A stretch of 64,000 bases of DNA. It comes from Macrostomum lignano (lineage: Eukaryota). How positions within the stretch are numbered: the first letter of the stretch is position 1; each line of letters opens with the position of its first letter. The translations under genes were made by a program, and so were the position numbers. The stretch covers positions 318,424 through 382,423 of the forward strand of contig NIVC01001009.1 of assembly GCA_002269645.1 (NCBI GenBank). Direction: 5' to 3'. Below are positions 13,271 to 25,392 of this stretch, one piece after another. The notes beneath the pieces were generated by a model. The model did no database searches. It saw only the letters and a program-made list of their open reading frames with translations, and had not been told where the DNA came from.

Positions 13271-15439
13271 CATCTGGCCCGCACATAAGCAGGATTCTTT
13301 ATCTGGCTTTTGAAGTAAAAGTCTGCCCATTCCTGCTTGGAAAGCCAGTTTGTGGGATGTAGTACTCTCATGGCTGTTCTCATGCTTTGATCTTGTCATC
13401 TTTCTTGCCAATTTGCAGTCCTGAAAGGAATTTGTGTATTTTCAGCTCCACTGCAGTCTGCATCAGTCTAACAACCAAGGAAATATGCATTTCTTAGGGG
13501 ACATTTAAAATTTAAAGTACTTTTAAGAGAAACCTAAAATTTCCATGGTGTGACTAATTTAGTAGGGTTGTATTGCATTGCATTGCCTTTTCATAAATCT
13601 TTCGCTTTTATAAACCATGCTGGATTCCCTCGATTTGCCAATTGCCATCCACTGATAAAATGCTGCAGAGTTTGCCAATACTGACAGTGGTTAGAATTTC
13701 TCACTAAACTGTTATGGCTAAATGTAGCCTCTCCATTCTCGGGGTGCAGAGAAGGCTATAAATAAAGTTATTCCAAAACACTGTACATTGCCATGTACAT
13801 TCAGTCCTATCCATCGCCTGACCCTTCGTCTGGCTCTGGAGGAATGAGTGAATGAGTGGCACAAACAACAGAAAAAGCAGACAAACTTCACATGCTTACA
13901 GTTTCTTTTCTGAATGAGTTACAGAGTTGTAACTTTACAGTTAGACAGAGAATGAGTCAATGAAGAATTGTGTCAAGTTTGAAGTCAATCACTTTATGTG
14001 GAGCAAACTTATGGCAGCTGAAAGTTAGTCAATTTTGAAACCCTTTTACACATCTGGGCCCAGATTGGGAAAGAGAGGCAGGCAGGCAGAGGTTGGAGTG
14101 GTTGCTACGCTGAAAAAAACAGCCTAACTTTAAAAGTGCACAGCACCACTTAGGATTCACTTTGAAACTCGAAGTTTTACACAATTGTGTCAAAATAGTT
14201 GAAGATTGTTTGTGTAAAATTTGAAGAGGATCGGTAGAAGTGGAGCGGCGCTATGGAGGATTTAGTGAAAAAATCGCGCAATTTGAGCAGTTTTTGTACT
14301 TTAGGTAGGAAGACTTGAGTCTAGGAAATTAAAAGGTAGCCTAAGACATTCTCCGTAGTAATTTTAGGGTGGGTGTAAAGTTTGGTGTCATATCATACAT
14401 GCGCAACTTCTGAAATTATGCTGGCCGTGCGACTTAGTTTTCGATAAAAAATGCGACTTACCTATGAAAGAGCCAAGCAAAAACTTTAGGTAAACGGCAG
14501 GAGTAACTATGACCATTTTTTAAAGCTAAATGCCTCGCCAGCTAATTAGTGCTGTGTGCAGATTTCGCGTTTTTATAACAGCTAATCAGTATGTCATCTA
14601 GTGGCGGCATGAAGCAATTAGTAAATTGTCAGTACAGTGTAGTGAGCATACTACAAAAGTCATGATTCATGAATGTCCAGAAGTAAGTGAAGAGAATACA
14701 GTGTGACCTATAGCTCAAGAACGATTTGCTAGACGATTTGGCATGGAAGATGAGAGCCCTGATTCAGATGGCTCATCAGATGCAGAATACGAATCCAGTA
14801 GAGATACAAGCTGTGAAAACCCACAGATTTTTAAACCACTGAATTCTAATTCCCGGAACTATTTTTGCATAGATTCTAAATTTGAAGTCATGCTCAAACA
14901 AAAACTTGTTAACAGTTAGGAAAAAGGCAAAGATGGGAGTAATGCATGTTAAACTAAGATTTGAGGCCTTTGCAAATTCTCTCCATTCCTCAATCTTCTC
15001 ATCCTCTTTTTCTTTTCTCTCTCATCCCTTATCCCTTCCCTCTTTCCTCTCCTCTCCTATCTCTTCTGTCTCCTCTCTACATTCTTATCTCTCCTCTCGT
15101 CTCTCTCCATTCCACTCTACTCTCTCATCTTATCTTCCCTCTCGTCTCTCTCCACTCTCTCATCTTATCTCTCCTCTCTTCACTCTCCTCTCATCTCCTC
15201 TTTATCCTCTCTTCTCTCATCTACTCTCTCCTCTTTCCTCTCTTCTGATCTCATCCATCATCTTTTCTTTCCTCTTTCCTCTCATCTCCTCTTCTCTCTC
15301 ATCTCTTTTTCCTCCCTCAGCTTTTCTCTCCTCTTCTATCTTTTCTCCCATCGCATCGCTCGCCTCTCCTCTGTTTGCTTATCTCTAATCTTCTATTCCC
15401 TCTACTTTGAAGTAAGAAAATATGCACATATTTTTGCTG

Positions 15440-15695
15440 AAGATAAGAGGAGAGAAGAGGGCATTGAGGAGAAAGGGTAGAGAGAAAGGGGGAGAAGAGA
15501 GGAGAGTAAAAATGAGAGGAGAGAGAAGAGGGAAAAGGGGGAGAGAGAGAAGAGGGGAGGCAAGGTAGAGAAGAAGAGAGAGATGAGAGTTGAAGAGACA
15601 CCAACCTTGCTACTCGTAGTTAGGAAGTTTCAAAGAACCCGAGGGGCGAGGGCCAGATAGAGGGGCTTCGCGAGCCGGAGTTTGCCGACCCCTGC
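15440..15695 (-). mobile_element. Left arm of a hAT (Charlie-like) MITE with GA/CT tract
   Basis: The reverse complement reads CAGGGGTCGGCAAACTCCGGC..TTTGAAACTTC..GTGTCTCTT followed by a CT tract, matching the arm at 48306. Confidence 0.75.
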
Positions 15696-15849
15696 TCCAG
15701 AGTTTAAGAAATCAATGGGAAACTGTTGACGCGGGCTTCTGATTTCAAAGATCTTGTCTGTTGTTGAAGGCTTATATTCTGGTTTTGCTCTCCTGCCACA
15801 CTTGCACCTACTACCCCCTGATTGCCTCTGATTGTGACTTACTTCCCTC

Positions 15850-16495
15850 TTATTGCGACTTAGTTGCTTCTTTTTGCGACTTACCTAATCCTTTTTGCAA
15901 CTTACTTAATCCTTTTTGCAACTTACCTAATCCTTTTGCGACTTACTTAATCCTTTTTGCGACTTACCTAATCCTTTTGCGACTTACCTAATCCTTTTGC
16001 GACTTACCTAACCCTTTTGCGACTTACCTAATCCTTTTTGCGACTTACTTAATCCTTTTGCGACTTAGCTGATCCTTTTGCGACTTACCTAACCCTTTTG
16101 CAACTTACCTAATCCTTTTTGCGACTTACCTAACCCTTTTGCGACTTACCTAATCCTTTTGCGACTTAGCTGATCCTTTTGCGACTTACCTAATCCTTTT
16201 GCGACTTACTTAATCCTTTTGCGACTTACCTAACCCTTTTTGCGACTTACCTAATGCTTTTTGGGACTTACCTAATCCTTTTTGCGACTTACTTAATGCT
16301 TTTTGGGACTTACCTAATCCTTTTTGCGACTTACCTAACCCTTTTGCGACTTACCTGATCCTTTTTGCGACATAGTTTGCTTCTTTTGCGACTTACCTGA
16401 TCCTTTTTGCGACTTAGTTTGCTTCTTTTGCGACTTACCTGATCCTTTTTGCGACTTACCTGATTATTTTTACAACTTAGTTTGCTTCTTTTGCG
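15850..16495. repeat. 20-21-bp minisatellite (GACTTACCTAATCCTTTTGC)n, ~30 units
   Basis: Directly visible. Confidence 0.95.
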
Positions 16496-16983
16496 AATTG
16501 TTTTTCTTTTGCTTCACGATTTTCCCTGAACTGCTCTTTCTTTCGCTTTCCTCTTGCCTTTCTTGGTTCTTGTGTTTTTCTGTTTTTGGTTGACTCAATT
16601 TTGCGACTTACCCCTGGTCAGCCACGATTTACGGTGGCCGGATCGGCCAGGTCGGCCAGCAGTTGCGCATGTATGGTGTCATATGGTTGAGCGGTTTAGG
16701 AGTCCATAGCGAAGTAATATGTCCACAGACAGACAGACAGAGTTTTGATTTTTATATGTATAGATAGATTAGGCATGTATACTTCACTGTGCCTTGGGAG
16801 GTTGGCTCTCAAGGCCGTTAATTGCACAAGCAGAGCCAAGCTAAGATTCCAATTTAGCCCCAAATTAATGTGACTACACTTGGAATCAAGCTTGGGTCAC
16901 TGGCATACCAGAGCTTGCGCTAGACCACTAGGCTATGGCCCCTTAAGTTTAACCCATAGTTTGGATCATGCTATGTACATGCT

Positions 16984-17284
16984 CATACATGCGCAACTTC
17001 CAAAACTTGGTCAGCCATGCAACTTAGTTTTAACAAAAATGCAATGTAGTTTTTGGCTAAAAAATGCAACTTACATGTAAAAGAAACCCTAAAGCAAAAT
17101 TAACGCAACTTTGTGTAAACAACAGGAGTAACTATGACTATCTTATTAAAGCAAAAGCTGCATTATATTCAAATGTACTCTTTGGTTATTTATTTGGGTG
17201 GGCATTTTTGCAACTTACCTTGGTTGGCTGCCAAATCAGTTGGTCAGATTGGCTGATTCATGTATGTGCATGTTGCGCATGTAT
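16984..17284. mobile_element. Short (~300 bp) copy of the CATACATGCGCAACT MITE family
   Basis: Same TIRs and homologous subterminal sequence as 14394-16675, with CpG-decayed variants. Confidence 0.75.
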
Positions 17285-17543
17285 ATGCATGCCCAAACAA
17301 AAATCAATAGTTACAAATGGACCCCTCAAAAAATTGTGCCCATTCTTAAAACTCTGCCAGTAAATAAATTATTATTTTATTATTTTTTCTCTAAGGCTCT
17401 GTGATCACTTTGCTTCAAAAACCTTTTTAATATTAAAAAGTTTTATTTTAAAAAAATCACAATGCTAAAATATTAAAACCTAGCAACAAGCTCACTTGCT
17501 TGCTTAACCATGAGTTTATTAAAAAACTAAATGCCTTATCATC

Positions 17544-17928
17544 TAGAGCCTCTTCACGGCAATAGGTTCTAGAACCAGAATAAATTCGAGTTCTAGAACC
17601 AGAACCAGTGTGAAATGAGGAGCTTCAAACCCATTTTATGTTTGACAGTCTTTACAATTTAATTTTGTCATTCTTTGACTTTGTTTCCTCTTGGATATGA
17701 CAAAAAAGGAATAATTATATAACAACAATAAAAAATTGACGATTTCAAATATATTTTACTGTTAAAGTGTAAACATGACAACGGTTCGAGAAAATTTCTC
17801 AAACCATATTCTAGAACCAGAACCATGTTCCGGAACTGATTCCGTTTTTCGAACCATCGATATGAAGAGCATCGAACTGGTTCGGAACCGGTTCCGTTTT
17901 TCGAACCAGCGATATGAAGAGGCTCCTA
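17544..17928. mobile_element. MITE-like element (TAG(G)AGCCTCTTCA termini)
   Basis: TAGAGCCTCTTCA at 17544 and TGAAGAGGCTCCTA ending at 17928, with subterminal GAACC repeats. No clear TSD. Confidence 0.5.
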
Positions 17929-18512
17929 AATAGTATCCATCTATTTTTGGGTGGGCATTTTATGACTAACCTTTATTGGGCCCCTTGCTAGTTGGCTGGA
18001 TTGACCAGCTTGGCTGGGTGTTGCGCATGTTTGTTGCTTGCCCTCCCTATCTTGATCTCTCATTTCCTAGCTCACTTATTGCTTAAGAGTTGCTTTTAAT
18101 TTGAATACATTGTTCTTCAGCCTAACCTAATTACCTTAACTGATAAATTCATCCACTGACCATAATTGACAACTAACCCTTTCTTTACAATAGATTGAAC
18201 CTTTTGTTTGCCCAAATAATTTGAACCTATTCTAAACTTGAGCTAATCAAGCCTATATTTGGAACAGCTCCCAGTTATATTTTTTTCTTTGTAGGATAAC
18301 ATTGTGAGATTGTGAGCATCAAATGCAGTGGTCTGTAAGTTAATATCATATGATTGCATATTTTCAACTCACTTTTTAATTTTGTTGCCAAATTTTTTGT
18401 GGTTAGAGTCAACTTTCATTTTTCTTTGTCATTTCTCATTAAGCAGGGTTAAGCTTAACTTGACTTTATGCATTATTTGAGCTCAACTATTAAATCAAGT
18501 TGCTGAATCAGC

Positions 18513-21453
18513 ATGGATCTTGACGACAGTACTGTACTACCAGATAAGAAGCTTATCCCTGCTGATCCCAATGCTGATGACAGCCAGCAGGGAGATAAGG
18601 AGCCAACTCCTGAGGCAAACAAAAATGGCAATGGCATCATGGCCAAAGGCCAGACAGAAGAGTTGGTAGCCAATGAATCGCAAAATCTCGAAGTTGCCAG
18701 GCTGCTACAACCAGAGCCAGATACAAAGGTTCTAGATGATGACAAGCCACTGGAAGTTGGCGGTTCGGCACCCAACGATGCCTATTATACTGTGTTCATT
18801 TTGTTTGCACTGCACGGTATTGGCATCCTATTGCCTTGGAATATGTTTATCAATGCCCATTCTTACTTTGTGGATTACAAGCTGTATACTAATGTGTCTG
18901 CTAATGCCGATTATCGCAGTAATTTTATGCATTACATTACACTGTCTGCCCAGCTGCCTAACATGCTAATGATGGCTTTTAATGTCTTCTTCCAACCTAC
19001 TAAGCCGTCATTGAAGTCCAGCAACGATGTGCGCAAACTGATGCTTGTTATTCTAATTGAAATTGGCATCTGCTTGTTCACTGTTGCTCTGGCTGTAGTA
19101 GATAGTAGCCAATGGCCTGCCACTTTCTTTGGCATCACCATTGCCTGTATTGTGTTGCTGAATTGCTGCGCTGGTGTGTACCAATCTTCTGCTTATGGCA
19201 TGGCTGCTCTGCTGCCAATGGCCTACTCCAATGCTATCGTGCTTGGTAAGCGTTCTGTGCTTTTGTTTAGTGTTGCTCTGTGTTCCTCTGGTCATTCAGC
19301 GGGTTCCTATCCCATACACAGGCCATTCGGCGGGTTCCTATCCCATACACTTGTCATTCAGCGGGTTCCTATTCCAAAGACTGGTCAGTCAACGGGTTCC
19401 TATTCCAAAGACTGGTCAGTCAGCGGGTTCCTATCCCATACACTGGTCATTCGGTAGACTGTTACCATTTATTATGCTAATCAGGTAGGCCTAAAGCTTT
19501 AAAATTGTACGCATTTCATCTGCATCCATCCCTATCCGTCACCAGGAAACAACGTATCTGGCACAGTAATTAGCTTGGTTAATTTAGCCAGCAAAGCCGC
19601 TTCAAGTCTCAACCTGCAGCTGACGGCAATTCTATACTTCTCGGCCGCTGTTATCATCCTGCTAATCTGCTTTGGTTCGCTGTTTCTGCTACCAAAACTC
19701 TCATTCTACCAGCACTACCAAGCCAGGGAGTTCGAAATTCCCATGCTAGAATTTGACGAGACTGCGAATAGCAATGGCAAGCCTGATGGCGGCAACGGCA
19801 CGGTTTGCGAATCCGCGGAGCCGACTGTTGTTGTGGTGGACGTTGGCGGCGACGGCTGCTGCGACGACTACAGCAATACGGCTGTTGAATGCTGCGCACT
19901 GTGCTGTCTTAGGGGCGGCGACTCTAAACTGGTCTGCAGCCGGTTAGTTAAAAACCAATGCTTCTACTCATGCTCTCATAGTCTTGTGAAATTCACAGAT
20001 CGAAAACTTTCAAGATCCAACTCTCCCAGATCCCTGTTTTTTAGCAGCCAATTCTCCCAGATACTCGATTGCTGAGCCACCGTCCCAGATCCTCAGTTTC
20101 TCAAGCCACCCTCCCAGATCCTCAGTTGCTGGGCCACCGTCCCAGATCCTCAGTTTCTGAGCCACCCTCCCAGATCCTCAGTTGCTGGGCCAGCCTCCCA
20201 GATCCCCCAGTTGCTGGGCCACCCTCCCAGATCCTCAGTTTCTGAGCCACCCTCCCAGATCCCTCAGTTGCTGGGCCACCCAGATCCTCAGTTGCTGGGC
20301 CAGCCTCCCAGATCCTCAGTTGCTGGGCCAGCCTCCCAGATCCTCAGTTGCTGGGCCAGCCTCCCAGATCCTCAGTTTCTAGGCCAGCCTCCCAGATCCC
20401 CAGTTGCTGGGCCAGCCTTCCAGATCCTCAGTTGCTGGGCCAGCCTTCCAGATCCTCAGTTGCTGGGCCAGGCTCCCAGAGTGTCAGTTGCTGGGCCAGC
20501 CTCCCAGAGTGTCAGTTGCTGGGTCAACCTCCCAGAGTGTCAGTTGCTGGGTCAGCCTCCCAGAGTGTCAGTTGCTGGGCCAGCCTCCTAGAGTGTCAGT
20601 TGCTGGGCCAGCCTCCTAGAGTGTCAGTTGCTGGGTCAACCTCCCAGAGTGTCAGTTGCTGGACCAGCCTCCTAGAGTGTCAGTTGCTGGGTCAACCTTC
20701 CAGATCCTCAGTTGCTGGGCCACCTTCAAGATCCTCAGTTGCTGGGCCAGCCTCCCAGATCCTGAGTTGCTGAGCCGGCCTCCCAGATCCTGAGCTGCTG
20801 AGCCAACCTCCCAGATCCTCGGTTGCTGGGCCAGCCTCCCAGATCCTCAGCTGCTGTTTAAACCATCGCATATAATACCCGTTCCATATTTCATTGTCCA
20901 CAGCTACTGGCGTCGCTATTGGGAGGCCTTTCGTCACTGCTGGGTCCACTGCGTCAGCGTTTGGTGCGTCTTTTTCTGCACCCTGGCCTGTTTCCCGGCG
21001 CTTCAGGCCACCATTGAGCCGGTGACCCTGCTAAGCCTGAAGGACTGGTTCGTTGACATCTTCGTATTTCTATTCTTTAATCTCTTCGCCATGCTTGGCA
21101 GCCTGGTGTCAACATTCTGGCAGTGGCCATCGCCTCGCTGGCTAGCCCTATGCGTTTGGCCTCGCCTATTGATATTTGTGCCATTCTTCCTCATGTGCAA
21201 CTGCTTCCCGGATAGCCGCGCCGTCATTCCGGTCCTGATTCGCAGCGATACCGCTTTCATATGCGGTATGATTGTCTTCGCTTTAACGTCGGGCTATTTA
21301 TCCTCGCTGTGCATGATGTATGCGCCAAGGAGCGTGGCCGATCCGGAAAAGCACGCAGGCTTAGCCGCTATGCTTGCTGCGTTCTTTCTTGTATTTGGCG
21401 TGTTTACCGGCATCCTGTTTGGCACTCTGTTGAAGGCTATGTTCTTCGCTTAG
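18513..21453 (+). CDS. SLC29A: Equilibrative nucleoside transporter (ENT/SLC29 family), ~559 aa, 3 coding exons
   Basis: Exons 18513-19245, 19546-19942 and 20904-21453 with GT-AG introns in compatible phase. ENT motifs: HGIGILLPWNMFINA..YF, NAIVLGNNVSGT, VFFCTLACFPA, FNLFAMLGS, GYLSSLCMMYAP, G.LAAFFLVFG. A probable 5'UTR mini-exon lies at ~18295-18334. Confidence 0.93.
19289..19453. repeat. 31-bp tandem repeat x ~5 in ENT intron 1
   Basis: CGGGTTCCTAT recurs with period 31. Confidence 0.9.
20060..20855. repeat. 28-bp minisatellite (CCTCCCAGATCCTCAGTTGCTGGGCCAG)n in ENT intron 2
   Basis: Directly visible. Confidence 0.95.
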
Positions 21454-23117
21454 GGTTTGTTGCCGCGGTGTTGAACACTTCGGAACCAGGTTGATTGAAA
21501 GTAGCTGGGCTCTGTTTTTTAGCTACAAAAGGACAGGCAACAACGGGGGTATTTCACACCAGTGTTAAAAAAATAGTGTTGAGAAATAACACTACAAAGG
21601 AGTTGTGTAACGGCAACAGAACAATGATCTTTTACAACGGAACAGTGATATTTCAACAACAAAACAATGATCTTTTACAACGGAACAACAATATTTCGAC
21701 AACAAAACTTTTACAACAGCAATGTTTCACAACAGCAGAACAAGAGCGTTTAACAATAAGAATGTTTAACAGGAACAGTACACTGATGGTTCACAAAAAC
21801 AATAGATCAAGGGTTGATTAGCGTCAGGTAAGCATGAACAAGAATTTATTTGTGTTTATCAACAACAAATCAATGGCGTTGCACACAAACAGAGGGAGAG
21901 TGTGTTTAACAATGGGTTGAATAGGAAAATATTTGAAGCATAAATGTGGTCTTAGTTACTTTTCTATTGGGCTAATAAATAAATAAGTATGAAGTGTATT
22001 GCAACCATGCTTAAATTTAGTCACATCATAGGGGGCTTGTCTCTTATTGTCTCTTTTGCGTACATAGTTTGGTCTATTAATAAATTTAATTTAACCTCTC
22101 CTATACCTACTACTGCGAATGTTAGTAGCCTATGCGGTACATAGTTTATTTTGTTATAATTTTACACTGATTTTTCTGTCTTCTACTACCAGTAATATAT
22201 ATTTTTGTACTTTTTTCTGTAACTATCTATCCAATGCTTTTAATGTAAAAATATAACGGTCACTGTAACTGTTCTTTTTCGCTAGCGTTAGGCATGTTTT
22301 TCCGTTTATTATCTGGATAAAATTTATTCGACGCAAGCGTGCCAATTACGCCAATTGAAATAAAAAAGTTAATAAATCACTTTAATTTATGTATAATTTT
22401 TGTTAATTTTAGCGCTTTTGCTTTTACAACTCAATACCAAAATTCATCCGATTTTTCCTACGCTACTTGGCTTTAATGGGTAACTTAATTTAAACTTTGT
22501 TTCGTAAATTTATTGACCTAATTTTTATGTATAATAAATGCAGTTCAATGTTGTACGTGTTTAACTAATTATGCTAATTAGGCACTGATTTGTGGGTATC
22601 ATTATATTTTTTATAAAAACATATTTCATATTTTTATCAGGCATTGGGCTAGGATGTGCTCGCAAAAGGCATGTAAACTATTTTGTTTTGCTAATATTTG
22701 TTTCTGTATTTATTTACTATGTACACTGCATTTTCGCTATTGTAGTATAACTGCTTCTGTGTGTATTTTCCTATCCTATCAGCTGACCTTCTCGAAACTC
22801 AAGGACTCATTTTAAAGTGGTCTAAAAATTGACAGTCCTATTATTGTTTGCTAAAGTGGACTCTTTCACTCAAGCTGAACTTTTTATTTGTTCAAACCAT
22901 CTTTTGTGTCAACTCGGCCACATGCCGTTACGGACTTTTTGCTAAATAAAATTGTTTCGTATAGAAAATGTCAAACTCTGCTATTGGTTCTTGGTCTTTC
23001 TACGGTCTCATTTGGTTTTTTGGCTATAAGTGGACTGGCTTTATCTAATCGAGGTGAATCCTGATTTAATCTAGGCTAACTACCCGTAGATGTGTTTCTA
23101 TAGCCATACGCTCGTAA

Positions 23118-23389
23118 AAATAATAACAACTGATTACACCTGCCCTAATAAGCAGATGTGCAACCGACAGCTCAGCCGCAGCTATTGCGCGGCGCATCTG
23201 AAGGCTGCGTACGGCTGTTCAGTCCAAGGACTGGGGGTCGCCACACACCCTGAATTACCACAGCTAATGCTGGTAATCCATTTTTATGTCTTGCTCAAGG
23301 ACACAAATCGTCCAGAGTGAGTCGAGAACCGAATCCCCGACCTTTCAGTCGTGAGTCTGATGCTCCAATCATTGTTAGGCTTCAACCCC
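23118..23389 (-). mobile_element. tRNA-derived SINE
   Basis: Minus strand has a tRNA-like head (TTGGAGCATCAGACTCACGACTGAAAGGTCGGGGATTCGGTTCTCG, degenerate B box), then GTGTCCTTGAGCAAGACA (a core seen in several metazoan SINEs), and a TTGTTATTATTTTT tail. Confidence 0.6.
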
Positions 23390-24344
23390 GAACATAAGAA
23401 CTAGAAATTGAGCTAACTGTACCTGACCCTGGGTGCACCGGAGCTCAGGGCAGCTATTCTATCACATCTCATTTCACTCACCTACAAGGGCCGTCTTGGC
23501 GACGCATGCAACAATGTCCTGTCTTATTAGTTCCCCATTCTGCATCTTAGCTAGGGCGGTCACAGTCACGTTTATCTGAATTTTTTCAAATGAATGGGTC
23601 CAAGCATGCACAATTAGTATAGTTATAATACCACCTTTAGTTAAGTTCTGTTGATAGACAAAAATCTTAACTTTTTAATTCTTTGATTTCTAGCATCTTA
23701 CAATAAAATCCCCGAGCAATTCACCGAATGGCTTTATGGTTTGGCGAATTCAAAGAAAATAAAAATTTAACTATAAAAATGTGGTCATGATTCGTAGTTT
23801 ATGGCACGAGCTATAAGGGGCGATCTTAGTTCATCTTTTGCATTATTAATGGGGGCATGATTCTTTTTTGTTGTAATTAGTGACACGGTTCATAATTTTT
23901 ATTCTACTGCAGGTGTTTGCGTTAATCTACTTATTGTGAATAAATGATTCTACACTCTACACTCATCACGAACTCTTTCTACAACAGAAAAAGTAAATAT
24001 ACGAAGACTAAATTGATGAACGAAGCTTTAGTTTGAGAATTCTGTCGACTGTAGAGTGCTTGTCGATCATGAGGGCTTACTGAACTGAAACTTGTCATCA
24101 ACTATCGCTCATTATCTAGCCTAAGGACTAAACGTTTACGGCTCATATTAACTTATCAGCTACATGTACGGGTGAATCTTGTATTGAATCGTCAATAAAC
24201 ATAACAACCCTATTCTCCATTCCTTAATAGCCTAAATGCAGTCAATTAGCTGTGCAAATATTCATGAAACCTACAGTATATATCACATAAAGTTAATGCA
24301 TTGCAATGCGGAGCGGATAAAGCAGAAATCGCTCAACTTTATTT

Positions 24345-25093
24345 ATGGAAAGTCAAAGCAGCATCGGCTGTGCTGTCTGCTGTCTTCTGCTTCTGCAACC
24401 TGTCGTTTGTCGATCCTACGTGTACCACTACATTGGCTGCTACGTTGACAACCCCGATAAGGCCAGAGATTTGACTGGTCTGCGGGGCATATTGAAACTC
24501 GGCAGCCTGGATGTTGGTGCCAAGCATCGAGTCATTCGTAGCCACCATATGACAGCTGAGTTTTGTAGCAACGCTTGCTCGCTCGGTGGATTTGCCTACT
24601 TCGGACTGCAGTACAGTTCGGAGTGCTTCTGCGGTGCCAGCTACGGGTCGTATGGTGCAGCCAGTTCAGGCTGCGACATGCTTTGCTCCGGCAGTTCCAA
24701 GCAGTACTGCGGTGGAGCTCTTAGAAATTCGGTGTTCGCTATTCAGTACCAGGGTGTGTTGGATCGATTTGTATAGGGTTCTGTCTGTTTATCTACTCGT
24801 AGCTCGTATAACCGTGCAACTTGAAAAACGTCCCGCATTCCCCAGCTCCATGCCTCGGATATCGCCAGTCGCCAAGGGCCTACCTGGAGACGTCAACCAT
24901 AAATTTCCGGCCCTCACGACAAACCTATTGGACTGCCAATGTCAACAATGTGATCCAGTGCTCGTTCAGCTGCAACTCCAGCTGTCAGGCCTTCATCTAC
25001 TCGCAGCTCAAGAGCGTCTGTTACCTGCTAAGCTTTGCTCTCGTGCCCAGAGAGTTCGGCACTATTGACGGTGTGTTTCTTATTAGAAAGTAG
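24345..25093 (+). CDS. Secreted WSC-domain + PAN/Apple-like protein, paralog 1
   Basis: Exons 24345-24753 and 24846-25093 (phase-1 intron). Hydrophobic N-terminus, an 8-Cys WSC domain (YIGCY..RDL..MTAEFCSNAC..YFGLQYSSECFCG..C..C..YCGG..NSVF) and a PAN-like C-x3-C-x3-C-x2-FIY-x6-C-x-L motif. Confidence 0.85.
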
Positions 25094-25392
25094 AAATAAC
25101 TATGCACAATGCCTTATAACTATGAGAGTTATAAGCCCAAGAAATGCAATATATATCAAATATACATGTATATATATGATAAAAAAGAGCATACGCGTTG
25201 ACTGAAACACTCTTAAAACGGGCCCACCGGCCGGCTGTTTTTTTATCTGCGCGGTACATGTTTTTTCGAAGCAACATACTGCTGCCTACCTCAATAAATA
25301 CAATCAATAATTGTTGATAAAATGTTTGGTGACAAATTTAGCTTATTTATAGCGTATACCATATATTACTACATAGAAGAGTTGTAGGATAT

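Larger units (their letters stand above)
14394..16675. mobile_element. MULE-like non-autonomous element (2.28 kb)
   Basis: TIR CATACATGCGCAACT / AGTTGCGCATGTATG with a perfect 9-bp TSD GTGTCATAT (14385-14393 and 16676-16684). Confidence 0.85.
14340..16769 (+). mobile_element. HINE/Lep1-like non-autonomous Helitron-type element (3' part), split by a MULE-like insertion
   Basis: Removing 14394-16675 and one TSD copy restores GTGTAAAGTTTGGTGTCATATGGTTGAGCGGTTTAGGAGTCC..(ACAG)n..TATAGATAGATT, which resembles HINE/Lep1 3' ends. A possible 5' end (ACAAGCTGTTGAAACCCGCGG, ~11451) is not certain. Confidence 0.45.

Noticed and set aside
11686-13313. 462-aa Ser/Leu-rich ORF and overlapping ORFs
   Set aside because: These are translations of a CT low-complexity tract, where a lack of A/G prevents stops; no domain or splice support.
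19246-19457. C-terminal extension of the 314-aa ENT ORF
   Set aside because: Read-through into intron 1 past the GTAAGC donor at 19246; the sequence is a 31-bp repeat.
23340-23389. tRNA gene
   Set aside because: Degenerate A/B boxes, no complete cloverleaf, and continuation into a SINE-like body.
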